Both the position numbers and the translations under genes were made by a program. A DNA stretch of 64,000 bases. Source: a virus. Location of the stretch: positions 1-64,000 of IMG/VR virus record IMGVR_UViG_3300027659_003120. One strand, given 5' to 3'. Shown piece after piece: positions 21,449 to 31,459 of the stretch (positions within the stretch are counted from its first letter, which is position 1; each line of letters begins with the position of its first letter). Under the pieces are notes generated by a model that was not told the origin of the DNA, did no database searches, and saw only the letters and a program-made list of their open reading frames with translations.

Positions 21449-22197
21449 TTGATGTTATTATTCCGACAATGTGGATGGCTGAAATAACGCTAGATGCAAT
21501 ACAAAAATATTGCAAAAATCCAAAAGTCAGTAAAGTCATACTGATAGACAACAATGCCAAGATGCGACCTAAAGCATTTTCTAAAATTGCATCCGATTCA
21601 AAAATACAATACGTGTCATACGGAAAAAACCTATATGTAAATCCATCATGGAATGAAGGATATTACAGGTCCGAATCTGACATTATTGCAATCATCAATG
21701 ATGACATAATTGTGAGTGATGATGTATTTGATTTAGTATTGAAACACAATCCAGAGCCTGGCGATTTGATTGGTGTAAATCTGCGTGGTCGTCAAAACAA
21801 TTATAAGATTGATGATATCATTGACACCGAAGAAGAGATTGTTAAATTAAATTATAACAAGAATTCTCCTATTGGTGGGCAAGCATGGGCATTTGGAATT
21901 TGTTTGTTCATGCACAGAAAAACCTATAGAGTTATTCCTAGCATTTATCAGATTTGGTACGGCGATGATTATCTAGCGCAGAGTGCAAAAAATGTATATG
22001 CAATCAATAGCAATAAGATAAAAGGTACCATATCTGAAACTCTTAAAAAGTTTAATAATCCAAATGATGATATTTCTAAACGAATTGAGTTAGACTCTAA
22101 AAATTTTATAAGATTTAATCATTTCCAAAACGGAAAGAACTGGGATATACCAAAAAAAATGATTTCTACATATGAACGTCAAAGAAAATCTACATGA
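21445..22197 (+). CDS. Glycosyltransferase family 2
   Basis: DVIIPT, ILIDN, INDDI, WYGDD. Confidence 0.8.
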   Translation: MIDVIIPTMWMAEITLDAIQKYCKNPKVSKVILIDNNAKMRPKAFSKIASDSKIQYVSYGKNLYVNPSWNEGYYRSESDIIAIINDDIIVSDDVFDLVLKHNPEPGDLIGVNLRGRQNNYKIDDIIDTEEEIVKLNYNKNSPIGGQAWAFGICLFMHRKTYRVIPSIYQIWYGDDYLAQSAKNVYAINSNKIKGTISETLKKFNNPNDDISKRIELDSKNFIRFNHFQNGKNWDIPKKMISTYERQRKST

Positions 22198-23102
22198 AAC
22201 AAATTATGAAGTATAGTATTTTTCACATACAAGGTGGCATCGGTAAACATATTGCAGCAACAGCAGTTGCAAAAGCAATTAAGAACAATCATCCAGATAG
22301 AAAACTAATTGTTGTTTGTGCTTATTCGGACATTTTCATAAATTTATCTTTTGTTGACCGTGTTTTTAATATAGGTAATACGAGATATTTTTACCAAGAA
22401 TACATTCAAGATAAAGATTCTATAATTTTTCACCATGAGCCTTACTACACAACAAATCACATTCACAAAAGAAAAAAACTCATTGAAAATTGGTGTGATT
22501 TATATAATCTAAAGTACAACGATGAAACGCCCGAATTGAAATTCAATAAACTACAATTTGATGTTTCTAAAACTGTTTGGGGTAGAAAAAAACCAATAAT
22601 GGTTCTACACACAAATGGTGGCATGATGACAACTGATGCTAAACCATATGCTTGGACAAGAGATATGCCTACTGACATTGCTCAAGAATTAGTTGAACAC
22701 TACAAAAAAGACTATCACATTTTTCAAATCACCAAAATAAATTCTCCTAAGTTAAAGAATGTTGAGCATGTATTTGCTACACCAGAACAGTCATTATCAC
22801 TAATGGAATTGTTTAGTATTTTTCTTCACAGTAAAAAAAGAGTATTAATTGACTCCTGTATGCAACATGCCGCGGCTGCAATGAAACGGAAATCAACTGT
22901 GTTATGGAATGGAACAAGCCCAAAAGTTTTTGGATATGAATTACATGATAATATATGCACTGATATACCATATAATTTTAAGCTTCCGGGCAGTTATCTG
23001 TTTGATTTTGACTTTAATGGGAATGAGGTTGAGTATCCGTTCGCAGATGATGTAAAATTATACGATATAAATAAAATCATAGAATCTATTGATAAACAAT
23101 GA
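22194..23102 (+). CDS. GT-B fold (GT9-like) glycosyltransferase
   Basis: GGIGK N-terminal motif; IDSCMQHAAAA resembles the GT9 DSGxxHxAAA motif. Confidence 0.65.
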   Translation: MKQIMKYSIFHIQGGIGKHIAATAVAKAIKNNHPDRKLIVVCAYSDIFINLSFVDRVFNIGNTRYFYQEYIQDKDSIIFHHEPYYTTNHIHKRKKLIENWCDLYNLKYNDETPELKFNKLQFDVSKTVWGRKKPIMVLHTNGGMMTTDAKPYAWTRDMPTDIAQELVEHYKKDYHIFQITKINSPKLKNVEHVFATPEQSLSLMELFSIFLHSKKRVLIDSCMQHAAAAMKRKSTVLWNGTSPKVFGYELHDNICTDIPYNFKLPGSYLFDFDFNGNEVEYPFADDVKLYDINKIIESIDKQ

Positions 23103-23114
23103 AGGAGATGTGAA

Positions 23115-24068
23115 ATGAAAGAAATGATTAAAGAAATTATTCGTGAAGAAATGATGAGAGCTTCCATGAAAAAATATTACTTCATGTCGGGTTTACCTCG
23201 GTCTGGAAGCACTCTGCTATCTTCAATTTTAAACCAGAATCCTAGAATGTATTCCGGACCCAGTTCTCCTGTTGTAGCTATTATGCTTGCCCTGGAGAAT
23301 GCAATCTCAAGTGATGAATTATTTTTGGCTTTTCCGAAAACTGACCAAGCAGGAAAAATAATTAGTAGTGTTATTGAAAATTATTATTCTGATGTTGATA
23401 AACCGGTTATCATTGATAAAAATCGTTCATGGGTAAATCGTATGCATTATATTCCAGGTTATTTTGGAGTTGAAGCAAAAATTCTTTGCCCAGTAAGAAA
23501 CATGGATGAAATTCTGACTTCATTTATTACTATGCATCGTAGAAATCCATTTGAGATAAATGGTAAAATTAATTTCATTGATGAGATGTTGATTAAAAAT
23601 AATATACCACTGAATGATGAAAATAGATGCCAACTTCTATCGGGACCTAATGGAATTATTGGTCAAAGTTATGGCGGTATTCAACAAGCTATGATGGACG
23701 GCAAACAAAAACAACTTCATTTTATTGAGTATGATGATTTAATGAATGAACCTAAAGAAACGATGCGTAAAATTTATGAATTTTTAGATGAAGAATATTT
23801 TGAACATGATTTTTCAAAGATAGAAAATATACATAAAGAAAATGATGCGGCCGTATATGGTCTTTCAGATATGCATGATGTTCGGAATAATTTAGAAAAG
23901 ATTTCTAAGGACCCAAAAGAAGTATTGCCCGAGTCTATACTTGAAAAATGTCAAGGAACTGAATTTTGGAGAAATGTAAACGAAGATTACACTGAAGAAG
24001 TAGAAGATTTTACACCAAATGAAACCCCTCCCTCAAATGAAGATAACACAAAACTTATAGGACAATAA
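23115..24068 (+). CDS. Sulfotransferase
   Basis: 5'-PSB loop GLPRSGSTLL; VRN...S 3'-PB region; IEYDDL..P. Confidence 0.85.
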   Translation: MKEMIKEIIREEMMRASMKKYYFMSGLPRSGSTLLSSILNQNPRMYSGPSSPVVAIMLALENAISSDELFLAFPKTDQAGKIISSVIENYYSDVDKPVIIDKNRSWVNRMHYIPGYFGVEAKILCPVRNMDEILTSFITMHRRNPFEINGKINFIDEMLIKNNIPLNDENRCQLLSGPNGIIGQSYGGIQQAMMDGKQKQLHFIEYDDLMNEPKETMRKIYEFLDEEYFEHDFSKIENIHKENDAAVYGLSDMHDVRNNLEKISKDPKEVLPESILEKCQGTEFWRNVNEDYTEEVEDFTPNETPPSNEDNTKLIGQ

Positions 24069-24069
24069 A

Positions 24070-24357
24070 ATGGAAAAAACACCAAAAACACTTGTACAAA
24101 TTCAAGGCACCATTAAATCAGCTAGAGACAGCGTTTGGGTCATCACAGATGAAATTGAAAAACTAACTGCTGGTGCATTACCAAATGAAAACCATAAAGG
24201 CAACATCGGCCGAAATGTTGAACATCTAAAATTGGTTGTTGCAGATACTGAGATTGTTAATTCAGGTGAAGACATTGCCGACCTTATTGCAGCAATTGCC
24301 ACAGGCGAAGCAAAACTTGCTGAGAATATCTGGCCAGCAGCCGACAATACTGAATAA
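24070..24357 (+). CDS. Hypothetical protein
   Basis: Packed ORF with phage-like codon usage. Confidence 0.6.
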   Translation: MEKTPKTLVQIQGTIKSARDSVWVITDEIEKLTAGALPNENHKGNIGRNVEHLKLVVADTEIVNSGEDIADLIAAIATGEAKLAENIWPAADNTE

Positions 24358-24374
24358 AAAATTTAATTTATATT

Positions 24375-25232
24375 ATGAAAAAAATTCTAATTATGGGATT
24401 ACCTGGTTCAGGTAAAACTTACCTCGCAGAAAAACTCAAAACATATCTTGAGTATAATGGTGATATTTTTAAAGTAAATCCATATAAGATGATGAATCTG
24501 GAAAGTGGACTTGGCCAAACACCATCAAAAGTTTCTGTTGATTGGTTTAATGCAGATGAAGTGCGTAAGAGATTTAACGACTGGGATTTTAGTAAAGAAG
24601 GCCGTATTCGTCAAAGCATACGAATGTTTGAATTTGCTATGAAATGTTCCAGTGATTTTGTCATATGTGATTTTGTTGCACCGCTGCCAGAAATGCGTCA
24701 CAATTTTAAAGCAGATTGGACAATTTGGATGGACACAATTGATGCTGGTAGATATGAGGACACGAATAAGGCTTTCGTTTCACCAGACTTATATGATTTT
24801 AGAATTACTGAACAGAATGCAGAAAAATGGGTTAAGTTTATTGGAAATCACATTCTTGAAAATATACGCAGACCAAGATTTGATTGGCAAAAAGAAACTG
24901 TGCAGATGCTGGGGCGTTGGCAACCTTGGCATCCTGGTCATAGAGCATTGTTTGATAGGGCAATTGAAAAGACTGGGCAAGTAGTTATACAGATTAGGGA
25001 TTGTCAGGGATGGCAAGGTTCTAATCCATTTGCAATTGAGCAAGTCAAAAATTATATTCAAAGAGACTTGGATCCGGTATATCAAGGGCAGTACGAAATT
25101 CAGATTGTGCCAAATATTGTCAACATTACATATGGGCGTGACGTTGGTTATAAGATAGAACAAGAGGTATTTACTGAAGAGATTCATTCAATCTCAGCGA
25201 CTAAGATTCGTAATGAAATGGGAATCGGATGA
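24375..25232 (+). CDS. APS kinase (CysC-like) fused to a HxGH nucleotidyltransferase domain
   Basis: GLPGSGKT P-loop, NADEVR, DFSKEGR; C-terminal GRWQPWHPGH, YGRDVG, ISATKIR. Confidence 0.75.
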   Translation: MKKILIMGLPGSGKTYLAEKLKTYLEYNGDIFKVNPYKMMNLESGLGQTPSKVSVDWFNADEVRKRFNDWDFSKEGRIRQSIRMFEFAMKCSSDFVICDFVAPLPEMRHNFKADWTIWMDTIDAGRYEDTNKAFVSPDLYDFRITEQNAEKWVKFIGNHILENIRRPRFDWQKETVQMLGRWQPWHPGHRALFDRAIEKTGQVVIQIRDCQGWQGSNPFAIEQVKNYIQRDLDPVYQGQYEIQIVPNIVNITYGRDVGYKIEQEVFTEEIHSISATKIRNEMGIG

Positions 25233-25936
25233 TTTATAATGAACCTTATCCACACCATATAATAGATAATTTTATTGATGATGAGATTGCTCATAAATTG
25301 TCAAATGACTTTATGAGTTATGATTCCCCAAATTGGTTTATTTACAACAATCAAATTGAAGTCAAAAAATCATGTAACAACTGGTACAATTTTCCAGAAG
25401 AAACGTATAAGTTTTTTCAGTATTTGAATTCTTCAACATTTGTTCAGAGTTTGTCGGATTTAACTGGTGTACAACTTATACCGGACCATGGATTACATGG
25501 CGCTGGTTGGCATATTCAACCCGCCCAAGGTAAACTGAATGTACATTTGGACTATTCAATTCATCCTAAGCTAGGTTTAGAGCGTAGATTCAATTTAATT
25601 TTTTACCTAACACCAAACTGGAATACATCTTGGGGAGGAAATCTTGAATTGTGGTCACATAACTCAGAGAATAATTCTCCAAAAGAATTGATAAAAATTG
25701 TGGAAAACAAATTCAATCGTGCATTAATTTTTGATACCACTTATAATTCATGGCATGGTTTTTCACAACCAATAACTTGCCCAGAAGGTGTATATAGAAA
25801 GAGTATTGCAATGTACTATCTATGTGAACCATCAAAAACTGCATCCAAACGACATAGAGCATTATTTTCAACAACTGAAGAACAGAAGAATAATGGGAGC
25901 GTTCTAAAATTGATTCAAGATAGGATTAAATTATGA
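25229..25936 (+). CDS. 2OG-Fe(II) oxygenase (prolyl-hydroxylase-like)
   Basis: HLD (HxD), distal WHG, RKS; GGNLELW. Confidence 0.85.
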   Translation: MIYNEPYPHHIIDNFIDDEIAHKLSNDFMSYDSPNWFIYNNQIEVKKSCNNWYNFPEETYKFFQYLNSSTFVQSLSDLTGVQLIPDHGLHGAGWHIQPAQGKLNVHLDYSIHPKLGLERRFNLIFYLTPNWNTSWGGNLELWSHNSENNSPKELIKIVENKFNRALIFDTTYNSWHGFSQPITCPEGVYRKSIAMYYLCEPSKTASKRHRALFSTTEEQKNNGSVLKLIQDRIKL

Positions 25937-28278
25937 CAGAAACATGTACAGATAAAATTGTTGAGATACTAAAATCTAAAAAAATTGATAGTTTTGAAGT
26001 TCGTGGCGGCACAGATAAAATCTCTGGGCACAGCTACTCTGAGATATATGGAAAACATTTAAACAAATACTTAGACAAAAAAGGATCTCTCCTGGAAATA
26101 GGAGTATTTTGGGGCGGTTCTGCGGTTTTATGGAACGACTTACTTCCTAATTTTAATTTGTGTTTGTTGGATATAGTAAATGTAATCACTCCAGATAATT
26201 GGGAACAACTTGATAAGAATAGGATGGAATATCTAATTGCAGATGCTTACAATGATGTAACAAGAAACCAGATAAAAGAAAAATATCCAGATGGATTTGA
26301 TGTTATTACTGAAGATGGTCCTCACACTTTAGATAGTCAGTTAAGTTGTATTAAACTTTATTTGCCTCTAATCAAAGAAGATGGAGTAATGATTATTGAG
26401 GACATTGCAAATATAGAAAATTTAAATACATTAATGAAATCAGTTGATAGTAATTATGATTGTATTTCATATGATTATAGGCATATAAAAAATCGTTCGG
26501 ATGATATTGTTTTAGTTATTAAAAAAAGAATGAAAAAATGTAAAATAGTAATGACTGCTATGTTTAAGAATGAGGCATCAGTGACGAAAAAGATGCTTGA
26601 ATCTTGCTACAAATATATTGATTTTTGGGTTGTTCAAGATAATGGATCCACAGACGGAACAGATAAAATAGTTAAAGATTTTTTTACAGAGAAAAATATA
26701 CCCGGCCACTATTATCAAGTAGAAGAAGGTTGGGTTGGTTTTGGATGGAATAGAGACCACTTAATACAAGTGTGCCAGAGTATTGACCATGGGTGCGACT
26801 GGATTTTAAAAATGGATTGTGATGAAACTTTAGAAGTTGATGCTGATTTTGATTGGTCTTTACTTGATGATAAGTCTCAACATTCATTTCATATACCAGC
26901 TGTACAGCCTGGATTATTATATTACAGGGCATGGATGTGGAATGCACAAATGCCTTGGAGATTTAATCACGACCCGTGCCACGAAACTAGTTACTGTGAT
27001 ATAGAGGGTATTGGCGAAAACTACAATAGATTCAACTTGCCTCTTTCTTTTAGACAGGTTGGAACCAGAGGAGGTCAAAGTTGGACTGTGCCAACAAAGT
27101 TTATTAGTGATGCATTAATACTTGAAGAAAAAATGATTCGTGAAAATACAATGTTAACAGATTCATATCATTTTTGGTATATTGGAAAAAGTTATAGTGA
27201 TGCATATTCTAGCAATGCTTTTCCTTTAGGCGAATCTCAACAGAAAGAATATGCGAGAAGAACAATTTATTATTTTCAAGAATTTTTAAATTTCACTCAC
27301 GATTTTGCAAATACAAAAAAATCAAAACATATTGACGAAACCGCTTACATGTCTCTGTTGTTAATGGGAGATGCAAATTGGTATTTAGGACAAAAAGAAT
27401 CTAGTGTTGAATGTTATAAATTAGCTGCTCAATTTGCACCAGAAAGAAATGAACATTTATATCTTTTAGCTGAGAAGAATAAATATCTTGGAAATTTTAA
27501 AGAAATGTTAATTTGTACCTCTATAATGATGCAACCCGAAAGAACAAATCCATTTCCAAAATATATTAACTTCATTGATCCAACTTTATATCACGATGGC
27601 GGTGATAGGATTAAAAATTTACACGCCGAGGCTTTTTCATATGTTCAATCTATTTGTGTTGCCGAACAAGAACCAGTTGAATTTTTACCAGTACAAAAAA
27701 ATATTATGACAAATTTTAATATAAACAAAAATTATCAAAACAGAATGTTTATTGTGGATAATTTTTATGAGAATCCAGATTCTATTAGGCAACATGCACT
27801 CACAATGGAATTCAAAGAAGACATAAGATATTATAAAGGTTTAAGAACGACTACACACTTTCACCCAAATGGAATTAAAGAATCATTTGAATCTATAATG
27901 GGTAAAAAAATTAACAATTTTGATGGAGGCATCAATGGTTGTTTTCAAATAACTACAGCAAATGATGTTCAGGTGTATCATTATGATTTACAAACTTGGG
28001 CTGCTATGATATACTTGACGCCAAATGCTCCTATTGAAAGTGGAACTAGATTACATCGCTCAAAGATTAATGGCACAAGACATTCAAGTGAGCCCAATAT
28101 AGATGATGCGTTTACTGGTGGCTTCTTGGATTCTACAAAATTTGAGGTTACCGATTCGGCTGCTAATATATACAATAGACTAGTCATTATGGATGCAAAA
28201 TGTATTCATTCAGCAGGTGCATATTTTGGCGACAACAAATATAATGGTAGACTAACTCATTTATTCTTTTTTGATTAA
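25933..28278 (+). CDS. Multidomain protein: SAM methyltransferase + GT2 + TPR-like + 2OG-Fe(II) oxygenase
   Basis: LEIGVFWGGS/EDGPH; QDNGSTDGT/MDCDE; helical ERNEH region; VDNFYENPD...HYD...HSA...GRL. Confidence 0.8.
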   Translation: MTETCTDKIVEILKSKKIDSFEVRGGTDKISGHSYSEIYGKHLNKYLDKKGSLLEIGVFWGGSAVLWNDLLPNFNLCLLDIVNVITPDNWEQLDKNRMEYLIADAYNDVTRNQIKEKYPDGFDVITEDGPHTLDSQLSCIKLYLPLIKEDGVMIIEDIANIENLNTLMKSVDSNYDCISYDYRHIKNRSDDIVLVIKKRMKKCKIVMTAMFKNEASVTKKMLESCYKYIDFWVVQDNGSTDGTDKIVKDFFTEKNIPGHYYQVEEGWVGFGWNRDHLIQVCQSIDHGCDWILKMDCDETLEVDADFDWSLLDDKSQHSFHIPAVQPGLLYYRAWMWNAQMPWRFNHDPCHETSYCDIEGIGENYNRFNLPLSFRQVGTRGGQSWTVPTKFISDALILEEKMIRENTMLTDSYHFWYIGKSYSDAYSSNAFPLGESQQKEYARRTIYYFQEFLNFTHDFANTKKSKHIDETAYMSLLLMGDANWYLGQKESSVECYKLAAQFAPERNEHLYLLAEKNKYLGNFKEMLICTSIMMQPERTNPFPKYINFIDPTLYHDGGDRIKNLHAEAFSYVQSICVAEQEPVEFLPVQKNIMTNFNINKNYQNRMFIVDNFYENPDSIRQHALTMEFKEDIRYYKGLRTTTHFHPNGIKESFESIMGKKINNFDGGINGCFQITTANDVQVYHYDLQTWAAMIYLTPNAPIESGTRLHRSKINGTRHSSEPNIDDAFTGGFLDSTKFEVTDSAANIYNRLVIMDAKCIHSAGAYFGDNKYNGRLTHLFFFD

Positions 28279-28280
28279 TT

Positions 28281-29552
28281 ATGAAAAATTTGAAATTTAG
28301 TATTATTACTCCATCACATGATCCAGGAAACATTCCTTACTTGTTAGAAGCATTTGAAAGTTTGTGTGAACAAACTCATGCCAATTGGGAATGGATATTA
28401 GCTATAAACAATAAATTTTTACCACAACTTGTTCCAAAGATAATCAAAGAACATCCAAAAGTAAAAATATATCATACTTATATTGAATCATCAAATATTG
28501 GTGCAATTAAGCATGAATCATTTTTCTTGGGTGAGGGTGATGTTTTAGTAGAACTAGACCATGATGATATGCTTACTTCTAATTGTTTGAAGAAATTAAA
28601 CGAAGCATATCAAGATGATGATGTTGGATTTGTTTATAGTGATAATGCAACATTACATATGGAGAACAATTTTATTCCATTTAATAATTCATACGGCTGG
28701 ACACATAGGCCGTTTGAGTGGAAAGACAAAGAACTCATTGCAATGAATTCTTTCAAACCAACAAGCCATGCAATGTCTTATATTTGGTTTGCTCCAGACC
28801 ATGTTAGGTCATGGAGAAAAGAACATTATGTCAATATTGGTGGACATAATCCTGATATGTTTGTTTGTGAAGACCATGAATTGTGTATTAGAACTTACCT
28901 AACTACAAAAATGGTTTTTATACCTGAACCACTTTATGTTTACAGAATAACAGGAAACAATACTTCTATAAACAAAAGAAATCCAGAAATTCAACAAAAG
29001 ACTAAAGAACTACATGCTCAGTATGCACAAAAATTGGCAGAGAAAGATGCTAAGGATAGAAAATTATTATGTGTGGATATTGGTGGAGGTTTGAATCCTT
29101 ATCCAAATTATTTATCTATTGATTTAAGAAAAGATGCGGATGTCATACATGACTTAAATGATGGTATACCTCTCAGAGATAACACGGTAGGTGTACTAAA
29201 CGCAAGTCATATACTAGAACACTTGCACGATAAGACGAAAATAATGGCAGAAATACATCGTGTATTAGCACCGGGAGGATGGGCGTTCATTCAAGTTCCA
29301 AGTACCGATGGAAGAGGTGCATTTCAAGACCCAACACATGTTAGTTACTGGAACGAAAATTGCTTTTTATATTATACCGATGCATATTTGGCTAATTTTA
29401 TAGATAACAAAGATATCCGTTTTCAAGAATATCGTAGAGAGACATACTTTCCTAATGAATGGATGAAAAATCTAGGCGTATGTGTCACGGACGCTTGGTT
29501 AGTTGCAATTAAAGATGATATGCCAAGATTACCTGGTCCATTAAAGATATAA
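28281..29552 (+). CDS. GT2 glycosyltransferase fused to a class I methyltransferase
   Basis: FSIITP, ELDHDD, EDHEL; VDIGGG, SHILEHL, RVLAPGG, DPTH. Confidence 0.85.
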   Translation: MKNLKFSIITPSHDPGNIPYLLEAFESLCEQTHANWEWILAINNKFLPQLVPKIIKEHPKVKIYHTYIESSNIGAIKHESFFLGEGDVLVELDHDDMLTSNCLKKLNEAYQDDDVGFVYSDNATLHMENNFIPFNNSYGWTHRPFEWKDKELIAMNSFKPTSHAMSYIWFAPDHVRSWRKEHYVNIGGHNPDMFVCEDHELCIRTYLTTKMVFIPEPLYVYRITGNNTSINKRNPEIQQKTKELHAQYAQKLAEKDAKDRKLLCVDIGGGLNPYPNYLSIDLRKDADVIHDLNDGIPLRDNTVGVLNASHILEHLHDKTKIMAEIHRVLAPGGWAFIQVPSTDGRGAFQDPTHVSYWNENCFLYYTDAYLANFIDNKDIRFQEYRRETYFPNEWMKNLGVCVTDAWLVAIKDDMPRLPGPLKI

Positions 29553-29555
29553 ATA
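29548..29555 (+). promoter_or_regulatory. T4-type late promoter
   Basis: TATAAATA upstream of gp13. Confidence 0.75.
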
Positions 29556-29579
29556 GATAATAACTATTGGAAACTATAA

Positions 29580-30539
29580 ATGGCTAAACCCACAACTAGA
29601 GCAACATTCAAAGACTACTGCTTACGCAGATTAGGTCATCCAGTGATTCAAATCAATGTAGACGATGACCAGGTTGAAGACCGCATAGATGATGCACTAC
29701 AATTCTTTGAGGACTATCATTTTGATGGTTGCGAAGAAATTTATATGAAACATAAAATCACACAAACTGACATTAACCGCAGGTATATTCCTTGCCCAGA
29801 TGCAGTTATTTTTGTGACCGGTATCATACCATTTGACCAGTCTTCTTCATCAATCAATATGTTTGATTTGCGTTACCAATTGCGGTTGCATGATTTATAT
29901 GACTTCACATCCGTGTCATATGTTTCATATGAGATTACCATGCAACACATTCGTACTTTGAATTTATTGTTCTCCGGAACACCGATGTTCAGATTTAATC
30001 GTAAACAAAATAAAATTTTCTTAGACATTGATTGGTCTAGAGATTTACTAGTTGGAGATTATGTAGTGGTTCAGTGTTATCGTGCTATGCGACCAGACAC
30101 TGTTACTTTAACTGGCACATTAGCAGGCAACACAGTTTCTAATATCATTGTTGGAACATCAACAATATTTGACCAAGAAGTAATTGAGAATGATTTTATT
30201 ACTCTGTCAAGCGGAGAAGAAGTTCAAATTAGTAAAATAAATTCTCCAACAAATATACAAATTATTGGAACCGGGTTATCTTCAAATGTAACATCCAACA
30301 CCGCAACTAAAACCGGCATTTCTGATGTATGGGATGATAGATTTCTTAAAAGATATGGTACAGCATTAATTAAAAAACAGTGGGGAGAAAATTTGAAAAA
30401 ATTTGGAGGAATTCAGATGCCTGGTGGCGTAACTCTAAATGGAAAAGAAATTTGGGACGAAGCAGACACTGAAATTAAATCTATAGAAGAAGAAATGTAT
30501 AATTTTAATAGTTTACCTAGTGAAATATTTACAGGTTAA
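29580..30539 (+). CDS. gp13: Neck protein gp13
   Basis: LRRLGHPVIQINVDDDQVEDRIDDALQ; QWGENLKKF..QMPGGVTLNG. Confidence 0.92.
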   Translation: MAKPTTRATFKDYCLRRLGHPVIQINVDDDQVEDRIDDALQFFEDYHFDGCEEIYMKHKITQTDINRRYIPCPDAVIFVTGIIPFDQSSSSINMFDLRYQLRLHDLYDFTSVSYVSYEITMQHIRTLNLLFSGTPMFRFNRKQNKIFLDIDWSRDLLVGDYVVVQCYRAMRPDTVTLTGTLAGNTVSNIIVGTSTIFDQEVIENDFITLSSGEEVQISKINSPTNIQIIGTGLSSNVTSNTATKTGISDVWDDRFLKRYGTALIKKQWGENLKKFGGIQMPGGVTLNGKEIWDEADTEIKSIEEEMYNFNSLPSEIFTG

Positions 30540-30551
30540 TCGGAGTTTAAA

Positions 30552-31457
30552 ATTCCTACTAATTTCTATTTTAACAATTTTCCTCAACATCAAATAACTA
30601 GTGAGCAATTACTAGTAGAGGACCTCGTCATAGAAGCCATGCAAATACATGGTATGGATGTTTTCTATCTTCCAAGAACAAGTAGAGATTCTGTTGATAT
30701 GTTATATGGTGAAGACACTATAAAAGAATATCGCACTGCTCATGCTATAGAAATGTACCTTGAAAATGTTACAGGTATGGATGGCGAAGGTGATTTTATT
30801 TCTAAATTTGGTCTAGAAATTAGAGATGAATTAACTTTACTTTTAGCCAGAAGACGTTTCTCGGCTACAGTGCCTTTAACACGCCCGAGAGAAGGTGATT
30901 TAGTTTATATTCCTTTAGTAAAGAACTTTTTTGAAATTTCTTTTATTGAACATGAAAATGACCAAGCAATGTTCTATACTCTTGGTAGAGGGCGAGCTGG
31001 TAATGTATATGTTTATGCATTGAAATTAAAACAATTTGTATTTAGTGAAGAAATAATATCTACCGGAATTGATGAAATTGATGACCAAATATTTAATAGT
31101 TATAAACGTGTTTCATTACCATTAGCAAATACTGTTGTATTTCCAGCAGGTACCGGTTCATTTGTTCCTGGAGAAATTATTTACCAAGGCACTTCATTAG
31201 CCACAGCAAACGCACAAGCAATAGTGTATTCATATACCGCACACAGTTCAATAGATGTAATTAGAGTTCAAGGAACATTTACTACTGCTAATGTACGTGG
31301 AAATACAAGTAGTGCATTAAGAAAAACTATTGGGTATAATGATGACTCTCAAGTTGGTAATAATATATTTGAAGATTTTGCTGATAATGTTAGAGTAGAA
31401 ACAGAAGCAGATTCTATTTTAGATTTCTCTGAAAATAATCCATTTGGAGAAGCTTAA
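30552..31457 (+). CDS. gp14: Neck protein gp14 (probable ATT start)
   Basis: Conserved-looking PTNFYFNNF..EQLLVEDLVIE precedes the ATG at 30639 in frame; SD GGAG at 30542; SKFGLEIRDE, RPREGDL, DFSENNPFG. Confidence 0.85.
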   Translation: MPTNFYFNNFPQHQITSEQLLVEDLVIEAMQIHGMDVFYLPRTSRDSVDMLYGEDTIKEYRTAHAIEMYLENVTGMDGEGDFISKFGLEIRDELTLLLARRRFSATVPLTRPREGDLVYIPLVKNFFEISFIEHENDQAMFYTLGRGRAGNVYVYALKLKQFVFSEEIISTGIDEIDDQIFNSYKRVSLPLANTVVFPAGTGSFVPGEIIYQGTSLATANAQAIVYSYTAHSSIDVIRVQGTFTTANVRGNTSSALRKTIGYNDDSQVGNNIFEDFADNVRVETEADSILDFSENNPFGEA

Positions 31458-31459
31458 AA

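Noticed and set aside
25229-25936. Collagen prolyl-4-hydroxylase acting on the phage collagens
   Set aside because: The GXY shafts contain essentially no proline, so the substrate is probably something else
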